From the NCBI GenBank assembly GCA_035291605.1, contig DATDRS010000172.1:1-58579 (forward strand): a stretch of 58,579 nt of DNA, in the 5' to 3' direction. Under the pieces are notes generated by a model that saw only the letters and a list, made by a program, of their open reading frames with translations, did no database searches and had not been told where the DNA came from. Both the position numbers and the translations under genes were made by a program. Below, piece after piece: positions 9,598 to 18,186 of the stretch (its first letter is position 1; every line of letters starts with the position of its first letter). The stretch comes from Anaerolineales bacterium. GTDB lineage: Bacteria; Chloroflexota; Anaerolineae; Anaerolineales; UBA6663.

Positions 9598-12090
9598 TTA
9601 TGCGCTGCGCCGCCAAAGCCAGAGGGCAGCTACGCTCAGGATCAGCCAACTGGCAATGCTGATCCACAGGCCGACGTAAAACGAACGCGGCGCATAGCGG
9701 AATTCAAGTGTATGGTTGCCTGCCTCGGCCGGGACAGCACGGAAGGCGTAGTCAGCGTGCAGGAGCTTGGCGGGCTGTCCATCCACGAACACACACCAGC
9801 CCGGATAATAAGCATCCGAGAGGACAACCCAACCTGGCTGCTCCAACGAGGCGGTGATTGTAACGACGTTGGGAGAGGGTGTCAAAGAAACGCGGGAGCA
9901 CGGGGACGCGGGAGTGACGCCCGGATCGTCGGCCTCGAGGAGGACTTCCGAGGCCGGGTCGAAATTTGCATGGGCAAGGGCCGCCCGAGCGGCCTCGGCG
10001 TCCGCGACAATGCGGGCCGTATACACGACCCGGACGCGGCGAGGTTCGCCGGGGACGCGGTAAAACGTCGTTGCGCTCCCCTGCGCGATAGGCTCGAGGT
10101 CCAGGGGAACACTGCTCACGACGACGGCTACGTCCATGAGGCGCAGGAGATTGAGCGAGCGGGTGGCGCTGATGACTTCGACGAGTCCCGTGTAACGCGC
10201 GTTGAGGAGGGGGTCGAAGTTGCTCGCGGAGTATAGGCCGTCGAGCAAGGATACGTTGGGCAATTGCGACTCGCGGACGGCGTGAGCGAATTCCGGCGGG
10301 CCAAAGCTGGTGAAGGAGAGATAGCGCTCGAATTTGACGTTATACTCGTCGTCGGGGAACTGGAAGAGACGATGATCGCCGACGGCGGCTCTGAGGATCG
10401 CGCCGGAGGCGGTCGGCGCGCGATAGAGGTCGGGCGGCGCGCCGGGATTGAGGCCGTACCCGGCAAAAAGGAGGTCGGCGCAGAGGAAGAGGGCGACGGC
10501 GAGCTGCCACCACGTCGTAGACGAGTGCGCTGGCGCGCCGGTCATTTTGGGCTTGAGGAGCGAGAGGCTCGCGGCGATCAAAAGGCCGAAGCCACACAGG
10601 GCGACGGCGCGCGCCACGGTGTGCAGCTGCTGCATGAGTTTACCCGTCGCCGGCAGGGCGAGATCGGCGAATGCGCCGACGAGGACGATGGACACTGCCC
10701 CTGCCGCGCCCAGGCGCGTCCAATAGAGGGCTCGGCGCTGCGGCGGTTCCCAGCGGTCTGCGGCGAGGCCGGCGAGGAGCGCCAGCGCAAACACGAACCA
10801 AATCATCATGCGCGCCGGGGCCTGAAAGAGATTGAAGGTCGGTACGTATTTGTAGAAAAAGGGGAAGATTGGCGTGTTGCGCCCAAGGGCAAGGAGTAGG
10901 GCGGCGAGGAGGGTGAGAGTAAGAAAGTATACGAGCGCGCGGGCGTGCCCATGTCCAGGTGTGGATGACGGAGGGTCAGCCTGATCGGGTGACAGGGCGG
11001 CGGGGTGAAGGGGCGCCCGCGCAGTCCGGCGGTGGTAGCCGGAGAGGATGGTTTGGGAGATCAGACTGACAGCCAGGAGGAAAGGCAGGAGGCCCACGTA
11101 GACCGCGTCCTCCCAGTAGTTGCCGTAGCCGTAGAACCAGCCTCGCGCCGGGTTGCCGAGGAGATCGGGCGCGAGCAGGGTGAGCACGCGCCACGGCGAG
11201 AAGGAATACGTAACGACAAATTCATACTCCGCCGATGCGGCGCGCGAGGATTGCTGCAGCAGCTCGGCGGTGGGCAGGAGCTGGAGGGCGGCGAGGAGTA
11301 AGGCAAACGCGACCGCCAGGCCGACGAGCAGCAGCGGAGACAGAAATGTGACGGGGCGCTGGGATGTCCGGGGGAGTGGGTACGTGCGTAAGTGGGTGAT
11401 CACTCTCCACAGAACCCACGCGATCAGGAGGAGCAGGGTATACCACGCCGTTTGGGCGTGACCGGCCAGGAGCTGAAGGGAGAGGCAAAGGGAGAGCAGA
11501 AGAGCGCGTTTGAGGAGATTAGAGCTTAGAGATTGGGGGGAGAGAAGCCGGTCTCCAGCCCAGATGATCCACGGCAGCCAGGCGGCGGCGGCGTTAATGC
11601 TGATGAACCCAGCGCGGGCGACGAGATATTGCGATGCCCCGAAAGCCAGACCGGCCACAACCTGCCCCAAGGAGCGCAACCCCAGAGCGCGGGAAAGCGT
11701 GACCATCCCGGTCCCGGCCCAGATGAGGTGCAGGGCGGCCAGCCAGCCAAGCGAATAGTCGAGGGGCAGGAGCAGCGAAATCCAGTTGGGCGGGTAGAAA
11801 ACCGCCGACTGATGATTGGCGATGAGCGGTGCGCCGTTGCCGAGATACGGATTCCACAAGGGCAGGTGGCCGGAGCGAATGGCGTCGAGCGCGAACCGCC
11901 GCCACGGGTAGAACTGGAGAAGCGGCGTGCCCCAGTACATGACCTGCCGGCCTAGAAGGAAGGGCGCGAAGAGAAGCAGGGGTGTGAGAGTGACAAAGAG
12001 GTAGGGCCAGTCACGCTTCAAGTTGAACCATTGAAAGGGTGACCACGTGCCAGGGCGCGGGGAGGAGGCAGCCTCAGGAGGCCTATTCAC
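9598..12090 (-). CDS. YfhO-family GT-C membrane glycosyltransferase (paralog 1)
   Basis: The 1026-aa ORF is trimmed to a GTG at 12090, which overlaps the TGA of the upstream gene (GTGA, 12087-12090). Conserved 'GHLPLWNPYLGNGAPL..FYPPNW' and YfhO-type C-terminus 'YYPGWCVFVDGQPAKLL..GNHTLEFRYAP'. Paralogous to 13664-15799. Confidence 0.7.
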   Translation of the reverse strand: MNRPPEAASSPRPGTWSPFQWFNLKRDWPYLFVTLTPLLLFAPFLLGRQVMYWGTPLLQFYPWRRFALDAIRSGHLPLWNPYLGNGAPLIANHQSAVFYPPNWISLLLPLDYSLGWLAALHLIWAGTGMVTLSRALGLRSLGQVVAGLAFGASQYLVARAGFISINAAAAWLPWIIWAGDRLLSPQSLSSNLLKRALLLSLCLSLQLLAGHAQTAWYTLLLLIAWVLWRVITHLRTYPLPRTSQRPVTFLSPLLLVGLAVAFALLLAALQLLPTAELLQQSSRAASAEYEFVVTYSFSPWRVLTLLAPDLLGNPARGWFYGYGNYWEDAVYVGLLPFLLAVSLISQTILSGYHRRTARAPLHPAALSPDQADPPSSTPGHGHARALVYFLTLTLLAALLLALGRNTPIFPFFYKYVPTFNLFQAPARMMIWFVFALALLAGLAADRWEPPQRRALYWTRLGAAGAVSIVLVGAFADLALPATGKLMQQLHTVARAVALCGFGLLIAASLSLLKPKMTGAPAHSSTTWWQLAVALFLCADLLFAGYGLNPGAPPDLYRAPTASGAILRAAVGDHRLFQFPDDEYNVKFERYLSFTSFGPPEFAHAVRESQLPNVSLLDGLYSASNFDPLLNARYTGLVEVISATRSLNLLRLMDVAVVVSSVPLDLEPIAQGSATTFYRVPGEPRRVRVVYTARIVADAEAARAALAHANFDPASEVLLEADDPGVTPASPCSRVSLTPSPNVVTITASLEQPGWVVLSDAYYPGWCVFVDGQPAKLLHADYAFRAVPAEAGNHTLEFRYAPRSFYVGLWISIASWLILSVAALWLWRRSA
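11514..11534 (-). repeat. in-frame heptamer array (AATCTCT-type on the coding strand) inside YfhO paralog 1
   Basis: The plus strand reads GGAGATT AGAGCTT AGAGATT. The coding strand reads CAATCTCTAAGCTCTAATCTC, translated 'PQSLSSNL'. Confidence 0.6.
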
Positions 12091-13682
12091 GGAATAGCGG
12101 TGTAGATCGAATAATCCCCGGCAGAAAATTGCCAGCGAAGGTAATCCGCGGCCTCCGGGTTGAAATCGCCGAGGGCGCGTTCGGGCGGGCCGAAGATGAC
12201 ATAGGCGATGCGTCCATCCGCCAGCAAAGCGCGGCGCTCCGACTCGCTGGTCGCCGACTGGTAGAACGCAGCGACGCGCGGTTCTTTGGCGGCGAGGAAC
12301 ACCGTCTCCGGCCCATGGCCGATGTAGGCGACCAGCGGGGTGTAGGCCGGGAGAGCGTTGCCTGTGGTAAACGAACTGAGCACAACCTGTCCCGGTTGAG
12401 CGTGATCGGCCAGCCAGGCGAAAGCGGCAAGTTTGTCGGCCGGATGGAAAACCGGCTCGGCCAGTTGCCGCGCGGCGCCCAGCCCTCCCACCCACAGCAT
12501 GGCCGAGGTCGGCAGGGCCAGGACGAAAACCGGGAGCAGCATCCAGCGCCGGAAGCGGCGCAAGCTGACTGTCAGGCCCAGCACCGCCAGCGTGACTAAG
12601 GGCAATTGAAAGCCCTCGACCAACCGGCGCTGCGTCGAAACCGGCGCATAGATGAGGAAGGGAACCGCCAGCGCCCACCCGCCGACGAAGTGCGCAAGAC
12701 TAGGATGGCGGCGCGCGAGGACGCGCCAGCCCAGGATCGCCGGGAGCAGCCAGACACCGTAACCAAAGAGATAATGGAGGGGATGCGGTGATGGCAAAAT
12801 GTTTTGCGCCCCCCATTGCCTTACAAGCGGGTCGGCGAAGAACACATAGATGGTGTAGAGCACAAGCGGGGAGGAAAGCGACACACCGAGGAGAAAGGTA
12901 CTGAGCCATGCGCGATGCGGGATAGGTGACGCGTGACGTGTGGAGGGTAAGACGTGGCGGCGCAAGGGCATCCGTTGTGCCATAGCGGTATGCGCGGCCA
13001 TCACAGCCCACGCGACGAGAACAAAGAGCGGTTGGATGAATCCCAGGCCCAGCAGGGCCAACCCGGCGAGCACGCCCCGGCCGCGCAGGTAGGCCAGCAG
13101 ACCGAGCAGAAAAAAACAACGCGCGGCGGCAAGGTGGGGCAGCGTATAAAGGATGAGAAAAGTGTAAGCTTCGGGCGAATAGAAATCCACGGGGAGCGAG
13201 TTAAACAGATTCCCCTGGCCCACAAGGACGAGCAGCCAGCCGAGGCCGCCGCCCAGCGCAACCAGCCCCAGCGCCAAACGGCGTTGACGGACATGGGGCA
13301 GAAACTCGGACAAGAACAGGTAGGAGACGAGGAGGAGGGTAAAACCGAAAACAATGCGCGCGAGGTGATAAGCCGCTGCTTGCGCGTCGTGATCCGGCCC
13401 GGCTAGCTTCCCGAGCAGGAGGTAAAAGGAGTAGATCAAGACCCCGCGCTGCGGCTCCGACGAGTAGGGCAGAGTGAACAACCACGCGCCGCGCGCCCCC
13501 TGCGCCATCTTGGCGATATACGAGTTGCCATCTTCCACGGCGATGAGAAAACCGCTGAAGCGCCAGGTGCCCGTCTGAGACGCAAAGCCCACCAGGTAAG
13601 GCGCCGAGGTCAGCGCCATCACCACTGCCGCAAATCCCGCCGCCCACAGCCCTTCGCGCCGTGTTATTTTCCCCATCGCCAC
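12087..13682 (-). CDS. polytopic membrane protein of unknown family (paralog of 15789-17393)
   Basis: 531 aa. Shared motif 'DGNSYIAKMAQGARGAWLFTLPYSSEP' and a shared C-terminal soluble tail with the 15789-17393 product. Start overlaps the stop of the upstream gene by 19 nt. Confidence 0.55.
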   Translation of the reverse strand: MAMGKITRREGLWAAGFAAVVMALTSAPYLVGFASQTGTWRFSGFLIAVEDGNSYIAKMAQGARGAWLFTLPYSSEPQRGVLIYSFYLLLGKLAGPDHDAQAAAYHLARIVFGFTLLLVSYLFLSEFLPHVRQRRLALGLVALGGGLGWLLVLVGQGNLFNSLPVDFYSPEAYTFLILYTLPHLAAARCFFLLGLLAYLRGRGVLAGLALLGLGFIQPLFVLVAWAVMAAHTAMAQRMPLRRHVLPSTRHASPIPHRAWLSTFLLGVSLSSPLVLYTIYVFFADPLVRQWGAQNILPSPHPLHYLFGYGVWLLPAILGWRVLARRHPSLAHFVGGWALAVPFLIYAPVSTQRRLVEGFQLPLVTLAVLGLTVSLRRFRRWMLLPVFVLALPTSAMLWVGGLGAARQLAEPVFHPADKLAAFAWLADHAQPGQVVLSSFTTGNALPAYTPLVAYIGHGPETVFLAAKEPRVAAFYQSATSESERRALLADGRIAYVIFGPPERALGDFNPEAADYLRWQFSAGDYSIYTAIP

Positions 13683-15799
13683 AATCCGATCAGCGCGATC
13701 AAACCCAGCAAAGAAATCGCCGCGCCCACGTACACCGTCAGCGGATGAAACTCAAAGATGACCTCGTGCTCGCCCGATGCCAGGACGACGCTTCGCAAGA
13801 GGCCTCCCGCCATCTCAATGGGTTGACCGACCCCATCCACCCACACCTGCCAGCCGGGGTATATGACCTCGCTGAGGATGAGCCGTCCCGGCCCTGCGGC
13901 GCGAAGCTCAACGCGATTCGGGGACAAGAATTGAATCTCGGCCCGATCCGCCTCGACCCCGGCTAGAGAAGTTGCAGGTGAGTTATTGAGAGAGACTTCG
14001 GACGCGGGCGTTATCACCCCCGCCCGCGCGACCGCCTGGACATTCTCGTACACCCGCGTGCGCCCATAGATTTGCGCGAGGCTCAACCCAGGCGCGGTCA
14101 GCGGAAATTCAGCGGCGACGTATTTCACGTTGAGGAGACCTAACAGCCTCGCGTCCGGCGCAGCCTCGGCGTTGGCCGTGGCTAAGTCAACCGGGGCTTC
14201 GGGAGTCTCCGCCTCGAAGGCGGGGAGAGTGACGCTGTAGCTAGAAGCGTGAACGCCGCTGGCGGATTCGATGAACTTCACTGAGGCGGCTAACTGGAGC
14301 GGATTGACGCCATCCACGTGCTGCAAGCCGTCTCCGGGGGGGAGGCTGTAGGAGGGCGAATAGACGCGAAACAGGCCGGGCTGCGCGGCAATCCACTCGG
14401 CGGCGGGCACGCGGGCAGGCCGGGGGCGGGCGACGAGGAGCGTGCTGTCTACGCGGAGGAGATCGAGGGCGGTGAGGAGGCAGAGGAGAGGCAACAGGTA
14501 GGAGACAAAGTATGTCAGCGAGGGGCGTGCATAGCGCTGGGCAAGGCGAGGCAGGAGATCAGAGATTAGAGATTGCGCGCCGTGGGCGGCGAGGAGGCAC
14601 ACGCCAAAAGCAACGATGAACCAGGCGCGCGGAGGAACGCGGAGGAACCCGAGGCCGGGGAGCAGGCGAAACAGGAGCGGGAAGAAGCCGAAGTTAGCCC
14701 CAAGTGAAAAAGCGACGGCGCAGAGCACTACGGCGGCCCAAAACAGCTTTCCCCGGCTGAGGCCGAGAAACGAGAGCAGTAAAGGGACCACTCCGAGATA
14801 GGTCATCCATTCGTAAAAGCCGCCGAGGTCAGGGATGACGAGGCCAAGAAGATAAGGGTAAGGAGGCAGCGAGAGCACCGCGGCCTCGGCCAGGGTGAGC
14901 GCGCTGCGGTTAGAGTAGCTAAGGAACTCGGCCAGCGGGAGCGCGAGGACGGCGCTGAGGGAAAGGAAAATGCCGCCGAAAGCAAGCGCCGGCCCAACGG
15001 CAAAGAATAGACGGGTGGATTGCTTTGTCGCTTCGCTCCTCGCAATGACGTTTGTCAACGGCCGGGGTGGCGGACCGCTGTGCGCGAGCACTCTCGAGAG
15101 TAACACAAGCCAATACGCTGCGCCCAGCCCTCCCGCATAAAATGCCCAGCGCACGTCAGCGAGGAAGATGAGGGCGAGGGAAGCTCCCGCTAAAGCGCCG
15201 TGCTTCAGCCCGCCGCCGCTCGCAGCGCGTTTGACGGCCAACATGAGCCACGGCGTCCACGAGACCGCGCAGACGAGCGAGACGTGTCCTGCGCCGAGGT
15301 GGGCGATTAGCTTGGGCGTGCCGCAAAAGGCGAGGCCGCCGAGGAACGCCGGGCCGGGCGGCAAACCCTCGTCGCGCAAAAGACGATAGAGGCCGTAACC
15401 CGCCCAGGCCACATGCAGCGCGAGAAGAAGATTAAAAGCAAAAGGCAGAGGCAGGCTTCCCACCAGCAGCAGCCAGCCGGGCGGATACCACATGCCGGCG
15501 AGCGGATCGGCGGCGAAAGGCTGCCCGGCAAACATTTGCGCGTTCCAGAGGGGGAGCTGCCCATAGCGCGCGAGCGAGTCGCGCACGTACTCGGCGTTGG
15601 GCAGATGGGTGATGAGCAAATCGGTGAACTCGGATTTCGGCGGAAAAGCAATGAAATTGGGATGGAGACTGAGAGGCCACAGATAAAGAAGCGCCAGGAG
15701 GAAGAAAGAAGGAAGGATCAACCGGGTGACGAGTGACGGGCGGCGGGCGGCAGGCGGCGATATGCGATCCCCCATACGCGATAAGCGATCAGCGCCCAT
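13664..15799 (-). CDS. YfhO-family GT-C membrane glycosyltransferase (paralog 2)
   Basis: The 755-aa ORF is trimmed to the ATG at 15799, which has GAGG 9 nt upstream. The ATG at 15775 is an alternative. Contains 'GQLPLWNAQMFAGQPF..WYPPGW' and the C-terminus 'IYPGWQVWVDGVGQPIE..GEHEVIFEFHP'. Confidence 0.7.
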   Translation of the reverse strand: MGADRLSRMGDRISPPAARRPSLVTRLILPSFFLLALLYLWPLSLHPNFIAFPPKSEFTDLLITHLPNAEYVRDSLARYGQLPLWNAQMFAGQPFAADPLAGMWYPPGWLLLVGSLPLPFAFNLLLALHVAWAGYGLYRLLRDEGLPPGPAFLGGLAFCGTPKLIAHLGAGHVSLVCAVSWTPWLMLAVKRAASGGGLKHGALAGASLALIFLADVRWAFYAGGLGAAYWLVLLSRVLAHSGPPPRPLTNVIARSEATKQSTRLFFAVGPALAFGGIFLSLSAVLALPLAEFLSYSNRSALTLAEAAVLSLPPYPYLLGLVIPDLGGFYEWMTYLGVVPLLLSFLGLSRGKLFWAAVVLCAVAFSLGANFGFFPLLFRLLPGLGFLRVPPRAWFIVAFGVCLLAAHGAQSLISDLLPRLAQRYARPSLTYFVSYLLPLLCLLTALDLLRVDSTLLVARPRPARVPAAEWIAAQPGLFRVYSPSYSLPPGDGLQHVDGVNPLQLAASVKFIESASGVHASSYSVTLPAFEAETPEAPVDLATANAEAAPDARLLGLLNVKYVAAEFPLTAPGLSLAQIYGRTRVYENVQAVARAGVITPASEVSLNNSPATSLAGVEADRAEIQFLSPNRVELRAAGPGRLILSEVIYPGWQVWVDGVGQPIEMAGGLLRSVVLASGEHEVIFEFHPLTVYVGAAISLLGLIALIGLWRWGK
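14554..14574 (-). repeat. in-frame heptamer array (AATCTCT-type on the coding strand) inside YfhO paralog 2
   Basis: The plus strand reads GGAGATC AGAGATT AGAGATT. The coding strand reads CAATCTCTAATCTCTGATCTC, translated 'AQSLISDL'. It sits at a different relative position than in paralog 1. Confidence 0.6.
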
Positions 15800-17393
15800 A
15801 GATGACGACCTCGCCCTGCTGAAAGACCACGCGCCAGCCAGCCAACTGGGGCAGGGATCCCAACCTGGCTTCGCGGGGGCCGTAGAAGACATAGTCCACG
15901 GGATATGCCGTGAAGAAGGTCTCCGGCGCAATCCGCCCGCCGTAGAAATCCTCGACAGCCTGCTTCTGCGCTTTCGCGTCTATCGTCTCAAAATCGTGCC
16001 CGTAGATGACGCGCGCGTCGGTGCGAGCGGGGATGAACAACCCGGTCGCCGGCCCGGCGAGGACGAGTGACCCCGGCGCGGCGTTCGCCTCCAGCCATGC
16101 CATCGCCGCCGCCTCCTCGCGGGCGAGGAAAATCTCGGGCGCGTGTTTCTGAATAGCGACGAAAGTCGAGAGACCGATGAGCAGGTTGCCGGTCAGCGCC
16201 CCGATGGCGAACAGACCTAATACCAGAAGTCGTCCCAGGCGGGCCAGGCGCGGCCAAATCACATCGCCGAACCCGATGCCGGCCAGAAGGCTGATCGGCA
16301 TCCACAAGCCCAGTGAGAGGCGGCGCTGCAGCGCAAAAGGGGCGTAGAGCGCCAGCACCGTCAGGCCGAACCAGAAGAGCAGAAGCACATCGTGCGGCCA
16401 GCGCCGCCGCAGGGCCAGGTTGATCCCGGGCAGCGCGAGGAGGAGCGGCAGGCCGCCCGAGATCAGCGCATCCCAGGTGGGAGGCGAGGGCGTGAGGTTT
16501 TGCGCGTTCCAGACGCGCAACACCGGATGTGCGGCCGCAATCCAGTAATCGTAGATTAACCACGGGAGTGCGAAGGCTGCCACTACCAAGGGCGGGAGGA
16601 GATCTATCCAGATCAGGGTGTGGCTTGAGGTAATGCGCCACAGCGTCAACGCGCCAAGCACGAGACCAACCGTGATCAGGGCTAACGGCTGGGTCTGAGC
16701 CATGAGGGTCACGGCCACCGCGGTCAAGGTGAGCCGCCGCGCCGAAGGGGGTGAATCCGCGAGGCCAGGGAGAGTCCACTCAAAGACCCATAACATGAGG
16801 GCGGCTGTGATACAAAAATGGGAACTGGCAAAGAGGGAGAGGAAAGGAATCAGCTCTGCCACCCACAGATCGGAAGTGACGACGCCTGGAGGTTCGGGCA
16901 GCCAGGGGAACAGTGTACGCAGGATAAAATAGAGCCAGCCGAGGCCAGAGGTGAGCGAGAAGAACAGCCAGACGGCGAGGCGGCGAGGCGGCTCAAAGAA
17001 GCGAGCCACGAAGTGATAGGCGCTGAGGAGCAGGGCCAGGCCGCCGAGGGCGCGCACGAGGTGATAAACCAGCTCGATGCCTGCGCCGGTCCAGCGCGCG
17101 ATGTGGCCGAGAGACAGATAATAGGTGTAGATGAAGACACCGGGGCCAGGCTGCGCGGTATACGGCAGGGTGAACAGCCATTCGCCGCGCCAGCCCTCGC
17201 GCATCTTGGCGAGATACGAGGCGCCGTCAATCGGATTGAACAGGATGCCGCCAAAGACGTGCGAGGTTGGCGTCGCGTAAGCCAGCCAATACAGGGAATT
17301 AATGCCGAGCAGAATCAGCGTGGAAAGAACGACGACGCGCCCCCATTCGGCAGGGCGGATGTGCGCAGCAGCGGGGAGATCCGATAATTGCAT
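15789..17393 (-). CDS. polytopic membrane protein of unknown family (paralog of 12087-13682)
   Basis: Contains 'DGASYLAKMREGWRGEWLFTLPYTAQP'. Start placed at Met24 of the ORF (ATG 17393) to leave room for the divergent promoter. The ORF-track start 17462 is the alternative. Confidence 0.55.
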   Translation of the reverse strand: MQLSDLPAAAHIRPAEWGRVVVLSTLILLGINSLYWLAYATPTSHVFGGILFNPIDGASYLAKMREGWRGEWLFTLPYTAQPGPGVFIYTYYLSLGHIARWTGAGIELVYHLVRALGGLALLLSAYHFVARFFEPPRRLAVWLFFSLTSGLGWLYFILRTLFPWLPEPPGVVTSDLWVAELIPFLSLFASSHFCITAALMLWVFEWTLPGLADSPPSARRLTLTAVAVTLMAQTQPLALITVGLVLGALTLWRITSSHTLIWIDLLPPLVVAAFALPWLIYDYWIAAAHPVLRVWNAQNLTPSPPTWDALISGGLPLLLALPGINLALRRRWPHDVLLLFWFGLTVLALYAPFALQRRLSLGLWMPISLLAGIGFGDVIWPRLARLGRLLVLGLFAIGALTGNLLIGLSTFVAIQKHAPEIFLAREEAAAMAWLEANAAPGSLVLAGPATGLFIPARTDARVIYGHDFETIDAKAQKQAVEDFYGGRIAPETFFTAYPVDYVFYGPREARLGSLPQLAGWRVVFQQGEVVIYGR

Positions 17394-17445
17394 CGGGTGT
17401 ATTGTACACGGATCACACAGACGGAGATGCAGGCGGCGCGAGGAC

Positions 17446-17474
17446 TTGGGGTTTTCGCGCATCTTGCCTATAAT
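17446..17474 (+). promoter_or_regulatory. sigma70-like promoter, near-leaderless for the zinc-ribbon gene
   Basis: TTGGGG (17446-17451), 17-nt spacer, TATAAT (17469-17474). The ATG at 17483 lies only 8 nt after the -10 and no SD is possible. Confidence 0.4.
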
Positions 17475-17482
17475 CCCCGACT

Positions 17483-18184
17483 ATGAGTCGGGTCAGCGCG
17501 CTTTTTCGGTTGCAGGAAATTGACCTGGAGCTTGACGCCCATGCCGCGCGGCTGCGCAGGATCGAGGCCGAAATGGGCGATAGCCCGGTGGTCCGCGCGG
17601 CCCAGCGCAAAATCGTCGAGGCCGAAGCCCAGATTGACACGGCGCACGTCGGCCTGCGCGCCGGCGAGCAGGATATTCAGGCGCTCAGTGAAAAAATCGC
17701 CGAGGTCGAGGAGCAGTTGTACGGCGGCAGGGTCACCAACACGAAGGAACTGCAAGACCTGCAGAGGGATGTGGAATCCCTCCAGCGCCGCCGGGGGGCG
17801 CTGGAGGAAAAACATCTCGAGGCGCTCATCAAAGTCGAAAGCGTCGAGGCGGAACTGGCCGCGCTCAACGCCCAGCTGTCACAGGTCGAGGACCAGGCGG
17901 CTCAGGTCAACACCTATCTCGTCGCCGAACGAGAAAAGTTGAGGGGGCGGATGGCCCGGCTGGAAGATGAGCGGGAAGCCGCGCTGGTGTCCGTGCCCGC
18001 CGGAGACTGGGAAGTGTATGACCGTCTGCGCCAGGCCAAGAAGGGCCGGGCCGTGACGCGCCTCGAAGAGGGCGTGTGCGGCGCCTGCGGCGTCGCGCCG
18101 TCCTCCTCCCAGCTTCAAATTGCGCGACAGGGCAGCGAACTGATGCGCTGCCCCAACTGCGAGAGGATCATCTACGCGGAATAA
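17483..18184 (+). CDS. coiled-coil C4 zinc-ribbon protein (COG1579/DUF164-like)
   Basis: 233 aa. A long heptad-rich helical region and the C-terminal 'CGACGV..(20 aa)..CPNCERIIY' zinc ribbon. Confidence 0.75.
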   Translation: MSRVSALFRLQEIDLELDAHAARLRRIEAEMGDSPVVRAAQRKIVEAEAQIDTAHVGLRAGEQDIQALSEKIAEVEEQLYGGRVTNTKELQDLQRDVESLQRRRGALEEKHLEALIKVESVEAELAALNAQLSQVEDQAAQVNTYLVAEREKLRGRMARLEDEREAALVSVPAGDWEVYDRLRQAKKGRAVTRLEEGVCGACGVAPSSSQLQIARQGSELMRCPNCERIIYAE

Positions 18185-18186
18185 TT

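Noticed and set aside
12091-12678. N-terminal 196-aa extension of the 1026-aa ORF, and analogous extensions of the ORFs at 13664-15931, 18076-20622, 26483-27157, 29693-31594, 50585-52474, 52080-54527 and 54448-56052.
   Set aside because: The extensions overlap the upstream gene's coding region and are Arg/Pro/Gly-rich. Conserved family sequence begins only after an internal start that abuts or overlaps the upstream stop (for example GTGA at 12087-12090, ATG 18187, ATG 50834).
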